Source of the DNA: Anditalea sp.
GTDB lineage: Bacteria; Bacteroidota; Bacteroidia; Cytophagales; Cyclobacteriaceae
Assembly (NCBI GenBank): GCA_040905145.1
Contig: JBBDSC010000217.1
Span: 6,935-70,934, forward strand
Direction of reading: 5' to 3'
Length of the DNA stretch: 64,000 nt
The notes beneath the pieces were generated by a model. That model did no database searches and was not told where the DNA came from. It was given only the letters and a program-made list of their open reading frames with translations. Below, piece by piece: positions 28,855 to 36,583 of the stretch (the first letter of the stretch is position 1; the number at the start of each line of letters is the position of its first letter). The translations under genes and the position numbers were made by a program.

Positions 28855-29649
28855 ATGAGAGCATTAAAATTAATTTTGCCCGCGGTCACTTTGCTGTCTG
28901 TACTTTGCTGTTCTACCCGAACATCGGAAAACAACGAATGGCAGACTCTTTTCAACGGCAAGAACCTGGACGGTTGGACTGTCAAGATCCACCACCATGA
29001 TGTGGGTGACAATTACGCCCAGACATTCCGGGTTAAAGATGGTTTGCTTCAGGTAAATTATGAGGATTATCAGGAATTCAATGAACGCTATGGCCATTTG
29101 TATTATGAAGAACCTTTTTCTTCCTTTCGCCTTAAATGGGAATACAGGTTCACTGACCAATGGCTTAAAGATGCTCCTGATTATACGTATAGAAACAGCG
29201 GCATCATGTTCCACTCCCAAGCCCCTAATACTATTTTGAAAGAACAGGATTGGCCAATCTCAGTGGAGTTTCAGTTGTTGGCGGATGCAGGAGATGGCAA
29301 CACCCGTCCTACCGGCAATATGTGTTCTCCGGGAACGGAAGTTTTTTACCAGGGAGAGATGGATTCCAGACATTGCATTAATTCTTCCTCAGATACCTTT
29401 GAGTGGGACCAATGGATATCCGCAGAGCTTATCGTCTATGAAGATTCACTGGTTACCCACCTAATCAATGGAGATACGGTATTACAATATGCCAAACCGC
29501 AAATTGGAGGAGGGGTAGCCAATGGTTACGACCCAGAAATAAAGAAAGATGGAACAGCCTTGAAGGAAGGCTATATCGCCCTTCAAAGTGAGGGGCAGGG
29601 GATAGAATTCAGAGAGATAAAGATAAAAAAACTGGATCCTATGCCTTAA
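28855..29649 (+). CDS. DUF1080 (3-keto-disaccharide hydrolase family) protein
   Basis: The leader is followed by WQTLFNGKNLDGWTV near the N-terminus. GYIALQSEGQGIEFREIKIKKL lies at the C-terminus. Confidence 0.8.
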   Translation: MRALKLILPAVTLLSVLCCSTRTSENNEWQTLFNGKNLDGWTVKIHHHDVGDNYAQTFRVKDGLLQVNYEDYQEFNERYGHLYYEEPFSSFRLKWEYRFTDQWLKDAPDYTYRNSGIMFHSQAPNTILKEQDWPISVEFQLLADAGDGNTRPTGNMCSPGTEVFYQGEMDSRHCINSSSDTFEWDQWISAELIVYEDSLVTHLINGDTVLQYAKPQIGGGVANGYDPEIKKDGTALKEGYIALQSEGQGIEFREIKIKKLDPMP

Positions 29650-29681
29650 TCGGACAAATAAAATTTCTTTGCAGGCCTTTA

Positions 29682-29800
29682 GTGGTTAAAAAAATCCTGA
29701 TTGAGAAATTTAACCACAAGGAGCACCAGGGAGGCACTAAGCCCACAATAAAAAAAACCTTGTGCGCCTTGTGCATTCTTTTGTGTACCTTATGGTTAAA
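29682..29800. repeat. Palindromic TTAACCACAAGG...CCTTATGGTTAA element, left copy flanking the GxxExxY gene
   Basis: Contains GAGAAATTTAACCACAAGG...AACCTTGTGCGCCTTGTGCA..TGTGTACCTTATGGTTAAAAAA. It aligns with 30231-30318. Confidence 0.75.
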
Positions 29801-29848
29801 AAATTTAATTATACTTTTTGAGTAGACAAAATCCAGCCACAGGATCAT

Positions 29849-30229
29849 ATGACAGAAAATGATATATCTAAAATAGTATTCGATTGTGCCTTAAAAGTGC
29901 ATACAAATCTTGGCCCTGGCCTATTGGAAAGTGCTTATGAGGAATGTCTGTTCTACGAAATCAAAAAAATTGGATTACATGTAGAAAAGCAAAAGCCACT
30001 CCCTCTTATTTATGAAAAAGTAATGCTCGAAATTGGCTATCGCATAGACATAATTGTTGAGAATAAGTTTATTATCGAGGTAAAAGCTGTGGATGCTTTA
30101 AATGATGTGCATCTAGCACAAATCCTAACTTATTTAAAATTAACAAACTGTAAACTTGGAATGCTCATTAACTTTAATGTTACACTCATTAAAAATGGAA
30201 TTAAAAGAGTAATTAACGGGATCTTGTGA
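29849..30229 (+). CDS. GxxExxY protein (PD-(D/E)XK nuclease superfamily)
   Basis: 126 aa. GPGLLESAYEECL matches GxxExxY and IDIIVENKFIIEVK carries the D..E.K core. Confidence 0.85.
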   Translation: MTENDISKIVFDCALKVHTNLGPGLLESAYEECLFYEIKKIGLHVEKQKPLPLIYEKVMLEIGYRIDIIVENKFIIEVKAVDALNDVHLAQILTYLKLTNCKLGMLINFNVTLIKNGIKRVINGIL

Positions 30230-30230
30230 A

Positions 30231-30318
30231 CCTTGTGGTGAGAAACTTAACCACAAGGGGCCACAGTAAAAAAAAACCTTGTGCGCCTTGTGCAATCCTT
30301 TGTGTACCTCGTGGTTAA
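30231..30318. repeat. Right copy of the TTAACCACAAGG...GTGGTTAA element
   Basis: CCTTGTGGTGAGAAACTTAACCACAAGGGGCCACAGTAAAAAAAAACCTTGTGCGCCTTGTGCAATCCTTTGTGTACCTCGTGGTTAA. It shares an identical 20-nt block, AACCTTGTGCGCCTTGTGCA, with the left copy. Confidence 0.75.
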
Positions 30319-30334
30319 AAAAAATAGCATTAAT

Positions 30335-31336
30335 TCATTTTTCCTCATCCAATGAAGCCATAGATTCCAGCATCATCAGGCCACTCAACTGTACGGAAGC
30401 ATCGATCACCGCATCGGAAGATTTATCCCAGGAAGGGCCAATCAGCAATTGCGGTCTCTTTATATTGGCATACACAGTCTCAGCATTATGCCGGAGAAAA
30501 TCCATATAAGCATTACTACGATCTTTGGGCAAGTCAACATTTTGTATCATATAAGTCATATAACGGACCAGAATCCCTTTGAACAGACCGCCATCTCCCA
30601 TACCCTCGCTTCGCAGGACACCTCCAGGTGCAAAATGGGCGTCCTTGACCACATGATTAGCGGTGCGTATGGCATCGTCCAAATAGGTTTGGTCATTGGT
30701 AACAAGGAAAAGCTCTACTGCAGCACCTATATAAACCCCTTGGTTATAGGTGAATTTCCAACCCTTATCGATCTCATTATCCCCATTCCGGTTTATCCCA
30801 TCCCACACCAATCCTGTACTTGGGTCCACCAGATTGGTTTTCTGCCAATGATAGATACGTTTGGCCCATTCCAAATCTTCCGGGCGGTTTTTCTCCTTAA
30901 AAAGCCGTGCCGCCAGGATCACCGCAGGTGCATTGGCCGGGGTATTTTTATAATCCAATTGTGTTTTCCTCCAAGCTATCCCCCCACCCTGATGATCGTT
31001 CCACCCCTTCTTGATATCCTCCCAAAGGATTTCTGATACTTCCAGGTATTCCGCTTCCCCCGTTGCCCCATAGGCCCTTAGCGAAGAAAGAGCAAGCCAT
31101 TCCATATCGTCGTAATAATTGTTCAGATAGCTGCCTTCGTTCATGGATTTAATGCCCCTTAGGACAGTTAGCATCTTCTCTTCATCCTCCAAATTGTCCC
31201 TGCGCATTTTAGCATCTACCAGCACATCCATCACATGGGCATTCCACCAATAATGAAAAGTCTGATCTCCTCCATTGTTCTGGGCAAAATATTGACCGTT
31301 TTCTGAAATAAAAGCATTATAGGTAGCTAACTGCAC
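30335..31336 (-). CDS. Glycoside hydrolase family 76 (alpha-1,6-mannanase-like) with the signal-peptide region out of frame
   Basis: FHYWWNAHVMDVLVDA and YYDDMEWLALSSLRAY are GH76-like. The listed start is a GTG, the frame stays open upstream to 31510, and a signal-peptide-like ORF starts at 31458 in another frame. Confidence 0.8.
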   Translation of the reverse strand: MQLATYNAFISENGQYFAQNNGGDQTFHYWWNAHVMDVLVDAKMRRDNLEDEEKMLTVLRGIKSMNEGSYLNNYYDDMEWLALSSLRAYGATGEAEYLEVSEILWEDIKKGWNDHQGGGIAWRKTQLDYKNTPANAPAVILAARLFKEKNRPEDLEWAKRIYHWQKTNLVDPSTGLVWDGINRNGDNEIDKGWKFTYNQGVYIGAAVELFLVTNDQTYLDDAIRTANHVVKDAHFAPGGVLRSEGMGDGGLFKGILVRYMTYMIQNVDLPKDRSNAYMDFLRHNAETVYANIKRPQLLIGPSWDKSSDAVIDASVQLSGLMMLESMASLDEEK

Positions 31337-31678
31337 CGAGTCCGCAATTGCTTTCCAATCATATTCCTTCCCCAGGGCAACAGGAATAGTTGCCTCCTCA
31401 CTTTTTCCCGTTAAACAGGAAAAAGGGCTACTAAAGCCATCCGTAAAATTAACATCATATTTATTTTTAGAATGTTCTTGAAGTTTTTTAATGTTTGTAA
31501 ATGTAATATTTTAGTTCTATTCCCTTCCATCCTATTTATAAAAAATTACTTAATCCATAATAATCCTAAAAGAAACAAAGAGGATTAAAAAATTCTTTTT
31601 AGGAATCTTAATTTTTTTTATTTCCTTGGACCAGATTTTAAAATTATCAAACCCCAAAATAATAATACCGACTCCGAA

Positions 31679-31878
31679 TTGCTGGCCCTGATCCGGAAGG
31701 GCGAGCGTGAAGCATTTAATACAGTCTACGAAAGATATTGGCTCAAGCTTTACAGGTTGGCATTTGATAAAATCCAATCCAGTGATGAAGCAGAGGATAT
31801 GGTACAGGATTTATTTATTTCATTATGGATGAAAAGAAAATCCCTGTTATCCATATTTCTTTGTCTGCCTATCTTTTT
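31679..31878 (+). pseudogene. ECF sigma-70 factor N-terminal remnant (region 2 only, frameshifted)
   Basis: LLALIRKGEREAFNTVYERYWLKLYRLAFDKIQSSDEAEDMVQDLFISLWMKRKSL is followed, after a frame change, by ISLSAYLF. There is no region 4 and no ATG. Confidence 0.6.
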
Positions 31879-32215
31879 GAAATGTACCTCACCAGGGCAA
31901 TTATACTCTTCATACAGGGAGATGTGGCAGGTGCAATCCATGATGTAAATGTCATTCGGGAGCGGGCTGGGCTTGAACCTCTCTCCACCGTCACGGAGCA
32001 GGACATCCACAACGAGCGGATCAAAGAAATGTCCCAGAAGGAGACCGGCTTGATTGTGCGTGCACTTAAACTCCCCATCCTTCCAGGAGACAGGGATCCG
32101 AGTCTGCCAACGAGCACCATATCTTAATAGTGATTTTATTTTGCCATACCCCAAGCAGAATATGATCTTAATGGTGGTTACAATAATTGAAAGTAATGAT
32201 AACATTCACCAGCCA
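31879..32215 (+). pseudogene. SusD-family C-terminal remnant (decayed, multiple frames)
   Basis: EMYLTRAIILFIQGDVAGAIHDVNVIRERAGLEPL..DIHNERIKEM appears in one frame. FILPYPKQNMIL, a tail resembling the SusD C-terminal LPIPQ motif, appears in another. Confidence 0.5.
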
Positions 32216-32422
32216 TTTGTAGGATTTGATGCCAATTAAAGGATAATAAAAAACGTTCTGGAAAATTCAGAACCTAACATATCTCCAGGCAACAACATTC
32301 GACATACACAAAGCCGGATGTCCGGTGAGATTAGTGATCTGAAGTTGCTTACCTCCATAAGTCGGTGTTATGATTACGTCATAAACCTGAAAAAGTGCAT
32401 GTATTTGAGTGGGAGGATTAAA

Positions 32423-32638
32423 TTACAAAGACGGCTTGGTGGCATTTTCAAGCTTGGATTTTCTCAATTCTCCATATTCTTCCCGGTAGTTTTCAAGGTT
32501 GGTAAGCATGCTGTCCTTTTCGGCTTGTGAAAATTGCAGTCCGATTAAATTCTCGGAACCTACAACATCCTGAAAGGTGATGTCGGCCATATTATTTTCA
32601 GCAATAAAACCCAGTGAGAACAGGGTGGTATAATTACC
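32423..32638 (-). pseudogene. Possible amidase N-terminal remnant
   Basis: The minus strand reads ..LFSLGFIAENNMADITFQDVVGSENLIGLQFSQAEKDSMLTNLENYREEYGELRKSKLENATKPSL*. This resembles the leader domain of secreted Bacteroidota amidases, but no catalytic domain follows. Confidence 0.35.
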
Positions 32639-32755
32639 TTAATTTCATTTAAAAGCAAGTTTAAGCCTGCTTCATGGAACCATAAAGCACCGATAATCCT
32701 TATTATTTTTGATATCATCCCCCTGAACCTACCTTATTATTTTAACCAATAAGAA

Positions 32756-34099
32756 ATGATTAATAAAACATCTGAACCTGGAAATTTTTTAAAAACCATT
32801 TATTTCAAGCTTGAGCTTGGCATTATCACTGGATTGTTTGTTGTGATGGTTTGTTTATCCCTCTACGGTTCACTTTCAGCCCAAACGTTAAATGGGCAAA
32901 CGGATCAAGATACCACTATCATAAAATCCACGGATACCTTAAGTCAAGATGTCATTTCGGTATTCATTGATTGTCAGTCTTGTGATAACAGTTGGATACG
33001 TCAAGAAATCAATTTTGTGAATTATGTAAGAGATCCGCAATTAGGTCAACTTCACCTCTTTATCACCACACAGGGTACTGCCGGGGGTGGCCGCACCTTC
33101 ACACTTTCTTTTATTGGCAAAAAAAGTTTCCAGGGTATCAACAACACTCTTACTTATACCTCACTCCCAACCAACACCCGAGACGAAGAAAGAGAAGGCT
33201 TGAATGCCATGGTCAAATTGGGTTTGGTGCCTTATGTGGCTCATACTCCAATGGCCAATAAACTCTTGCTCACTGTTTCAGACCAAGAAATTGACCCAAT
33301 ATCTGAAAAAGATAAATGGCAAAACTGGATTTTTGAATTGTATGGGGGCATTGACTTTTCAAAAGAAACAAGTAAAAGTGCACTTGACCTCCGATATGGT
33401 TTTTATGCAGATCATATTACCGAAACTTGGCGAATTCGGTTCCGGCCTTATTTTAATTATAACAAAAGGAATTTTGAGAGGGATGAGGAAGTAATTAAGA
33501 GCATTCTCCACAGAAATGGTTTTGATGGAACAGTTGTAAGAAGTATCAACAATCACTGGTCAGTAGGTTTATTTACAGAGGTCCTCTCCTCGACCTATAA
33601 TAATTTTAAATTAGGATATTCTGTATTCCCGGCCATTGAATACAGCTTATTTCCCTATAAGGAGGCACTTCGTAAGGAAATTACCATCGCTTACAGTGCA
33701 GGGTACGATAGCCGAACATACATGGAAGAGACAATCTATGGGAAATTAAAGGAATCGCTTCCCCGTCATGCACTGGAAATAGGGGTGAGGATAAGACAGC
33801 CATGGGGTTCATTGAGGGTGGAACTGGAAGGGTCTCAATTTTTACATGATTTGAGTAAAAAGCGTGTTTCCTTCGAAAGCAACCTTTCCTGGAGAATATA
33901 TAAAGGCTTGTCAGTCAATTTTTCCTCTGAACTTGACATTGTTCGTGATCAATTGTCTCTTCCAAAGGGTGATGTTTCTCTGGAGGACCTCCTGCTGCAA
34001 CAACGGCAATTGGCAACCAGCTTTGGGGTTTCGATGGCTGTTGGGGTCAGCTATAGCTTTGGGTCCATTTATAATAGCATTGTCAATACCAGGCTTTGA
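32756..34099 (+). CDS. Hypothetical secreted/outer-membrane protein (N-terminal CxxC domain plus probable beta-barrel)
   Basis: 447 aa. A hydrophobic leader ends in SLSAQ and FIDCQSCDNSW follows. The C-terminal approximately 250 aa show alternating hydrophobic/polar segments. No family was recognised. Confidence 0.4.
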   Translation: MINKTSEPGNFLKTIYFKLELGIITGLFVVMVCLSLYGSLSAQTLNGQTDQDTTIIKSTDTLSQDVISVFIDCQSCDNSWIRQEINFVNYVRDPQLGQLHLFITTQGTAGGGRTFTLSFIGKKSFQGINNTLTYTSLPTNTRDEEREGLNAMVKLGLVPYVAHTPMANKLLLTVSDQEIDPISEKDKWQNWIFELYGGIDFSKETSKSALDLRYGFYADHITETWRIRFRPYFNYNKRNFERDEEVIKSILHRNGFDGTVVRSINNHWSVGLFTEVLSSTYNNFKLGYSVFPAIEYSLFPYKEALRKEITIAYSAGYDSRTYMEETIYGKLKESLPRHALEIGVRIRQPWGSLRVELEGSQFLHDLSKKRVSFESNLSWRIYKGLSVNFSSELDIVRDQLSLPKGDVSLEDLLLQQRQLATSFGVSMAVGVSYSFGSIYNSIVNTRL

Positions 34100-34182
34100 G
34101 GTAGGGGGTAAATTTTGCGATGCTTAGTGGACCCTTTGGGGTAAAAAGTTTTACCTCACAGGATTTCCAAGGGGCTGAGTAA

Positions 34183-35112
34183 CTAGGGCTTGCTCAATTT
34201 TTCCATCCAATTAATACAATTTTGCGTCCATTTTTTGTGCGATCCATCTGCATTGACGGCTAGAGAATAGCCATGCCCCCCTTTGGGATAAAGGTGCATT
34301 TCTACTGCTACTTCCTGCTTGATCAATGCTTCATAAAACAAAAGGCTGTGTTGAACAGGAACTGCCGGGTCATCCTGGGAATGAAAAATAAAAGTAGGTG
34401 GGGTATCCCCCGTTACTTGTAATTCGTTGGAATAAAGGTTTACCAACTCCTCTGAAGGGGATTTTCCCAAAAGATTATTTCTGGAACCAATATGGGAAAT
34501 ATGCTTCTTTAGGGAAACCACCGGATAACCCAGAACCATAAAATCAGGTCTGCTGCTTATCTTTTCAATAGGGTCTGAGGAAGCCACATTCCCTGGGTCA
34601 AAATGAGTGCCAAGAGTGGACGCCAAATGCCCCCCGGCAGAAAATCCCATAATGCCGATTTGATCAGGTCGGATATTCCACTCCTCGGCATGGTGCCTCG
34701 TCATCCTTAAAGCCCTTTTTGCATCTGCTAAAGGAACATGCTGTGGTTCCGTTTGGCTTTCGGAGGAAGGTAAACGGTACTTTAAAACGATGGCAGCAAT
34801 ACCATAACTATTGAGCCACTTGGCAATATCAGTGCCCTCCCAATCATAGGCCAGTATCCCATACCCTCCTCCGGGACAAATTACCACTGCCTGTTGCGTA
34901 GCATTTTTTTTTGAAGGCAGAAAAACCTGGATGGAAGGGTCCTGTACTTTCGAGACTACTAAAATGTCATCTTTCCGGATTTCCTCCTTTTCATCAGAAG
35001 GTTTGGCATACGGAACAGCACCGGAATACAATGGAATGGTAATGGGATCAAATTGAGAGAAGGCTTGTCCGGTAACCATAAATGTCAGAAAAATCAGGAG
35101 GCAGTATTTCAT
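34183..35112 (-). CDS. Alpha/beta hydrolase (esterase/lipase, candidate carbohydrate acetylesterase)
   Basis: A signal peptide is followed by VICPGGGY, the nucleophile elbow GFSAGGHLA and the C-terminal HLYPKGGHGY. Confidence 0.8.
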   Translation of the reverse strand: MKYCLLIFLTFMVTGQAFSQFDPITIPLYSGAVPYAKPSDEKEEIRKDDILVVSKVQDPSIQVFLPSKKNATQQAVVICPGGGYGILAYDWEGTDIAKWLNSYGIAAIVLKYRLPSSESQTEPQHVPLADAKRALRMTRHHAEEWNIRPDQIGIMGFSAGGHLASTLGTHFDPGNVASSDPIEKISSRPDFMVLGYPVVSLKKHISHIGSRNNLLGKSPSEELVNLYSNELQVTGDTPPTFIFHSQDDPAVPVQHSLLFYEALIKQEVAVEMHLYPKGGHGYSLAVNADGSHKKWTQNCINWMEKLSKP

Positions 35113-35129
35113 AGTGTATTAATTTAATT

Positions 35130-36461
35130 TTATGTGGATTCATCAAGCATTAAGGCTGCCCCATAGGCAGAGCCTAAAGGAAAGTCAGAAAATTCCAAAG
35201 TATAGCCATCCAAAAAATGCTGGAGCAACCGGATAAAAACCTGATTGTGAACAAAGCCTCCATCAATAAAAACCTTTTTGATAGGGGCACTTCCCTGGGC
35301 CAACTTCAGAGAAGCCACCTGCATTCGGGTCAACCCCCAAATAACCTGATGATAGGCCTCTTCATAACTGGAAAAAGATTCGGGATGCCAGTTGCTTTCA
35401 GGAAAAACTTCATTGACCAGTGGGGTTTTGGCAATAGTAGCAGGATAAAAGCTATTTTCTATTCTTCTTTGTTCAATTTGACCAATTATCATTTCATCCG
35501 GAACAATGGTCTTGTAATATTTTTCGGGCTTATTAAAAATTCTATTCAATTGCAACAGTTGATGGTCCAGTTCATAACCCAGAAGGAAGCGGCTTGCCTT
35601 TACCATTTTGCCATGGATGGAGAGAAAGTTAAGGCAATCGTTCTGCAAATCCGAAAAGTCCAGATTTTCTTCAGGATAAGGATTAAGGGAAATACTCCAG
35701 GTTCCGGTAGAAATCAATAGAAAAGGTTCTTTTACCTTAACCAGGTAAGAGGCCAAAGCCGAAGAACTGTCATGTATTCCTACTCCGACTTTAACCTTTT
35801 GTCCGCATATTTCCTTTTCAAAGTAATGGGTGGTAGGGACAATTTCAGGAAGAAGGGAATCAATACCCTCTTCATATACCCATTCATGATAATCGCTTTT
35901 TGCAAAATCCCATAATTTGGTATGACAGCCTATGGAAGTGGGCTCACTCACTGCCTCTCCTGTAAACAAATAGGAAACATATTGAGGGAGATGGAGGGAA
36001 TACTTTATCTGATTGAAGACATCAGGCCTTTTTCTTTTCAGCCAATATATCAGTAAGCCGGAATTGAGCATGCCCAATGTAGGAGAGGCTGTGGTTAAAT
36101 TGATGGCTGCTTCGGAATATTTTCCATAAAATTCTTCATGCAAGTCCTCAGGGAAATCTTTCAAATAATTGTAGATAGGAGCGACAGGTTCTCCATCTTC
36201 ATTGATGTGCACAAGCGAAGCGCCATAGGTAGAGAAATTAAGGGCTTTCAGCACATATTCTTCTGATTCACAAATAATTTGTACTTTTTCCCTGACCCAA
36301 TCCGTAAGTTTAACCAGATCATCGCATTCCTCACCATCTTCATCCTGTATTAATGGTATTTTAATATATTCTTCATTGATTTCCTGAAACTGTTCATCAA
36401 ACAGGAAAAACTTTTTATTGGTTTTACCAATGTCAAATATTGCTATTACCGGTTGGGCCAT
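35130..36461 (-). CDS. FGGY-family carbohydrate kinase, candidate L-rhamnulokinase
   Basis: The N-terminal segment VIAIFDIGKTNKKFFLF resembles the start of sugar kinases in this operon type. The gene lies in an operon with the rhamnose isomerase and aldolase genes. Confidence 0.65.
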   Translation of the reverse strand: MAQPVIAIFDIGKTNKKFFLFDEQFQEINEEYIKIPLIQDEDGEECDDLVKLTDWVREKVQIICESEEYVLKALNFSTYGASLVHINEDGEPVAPIYNYLKDFPEDLHEEFYGKYSEAAINLTTASPTLGMLNSGLLIYWLKRKRPDVFNQIKYSLHLPQYVSYLFTGEAVSEPTSIGCHTKLWDFAKSDYHEWVYEEGIDSLLPEIVPTTHYFEKEICGQKVKVGVGIHDSSSALASYLVKVKEPFLLISTGTWSISLNPYPEENLDFSDLQNDCLNFLSIHGKMVKASRFLLGYELDHQLLQLNRIFNKPEKYYKTIVPDEMIIGQIEQRRIENSFYPATIAKTPLVNEVFPESNWHPESFSSYEEAYHQVIWGLTRMQVASLKLAQGSAPIKKVFIDGGFVHNQVFIRLLQHFLDGYTLEFSDFPLGSAYGAALMLDEST

Positions 36462-36583
36462 ATCTTGGTTTTGAAATTTGAAAATGTTTTTAATAGGTCA
36501 TCTTCCCTCACAGAAGGAAAAAAAGCCGTAAAAGGTAAAGTATTCAGCATGACGGGCCACTTTCCTGCCCCAATGGCGTAATA

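Noticed and set aside
31550-32205. Minus-strand ORFs 31550-31777, 31750-32205 and 31869-32120 as real genes.
   Set aside because: They overlap the sigma and SusD remnants on the plus strand, and their translations have no recognisable features. The region is interpreted as decayed DNA.
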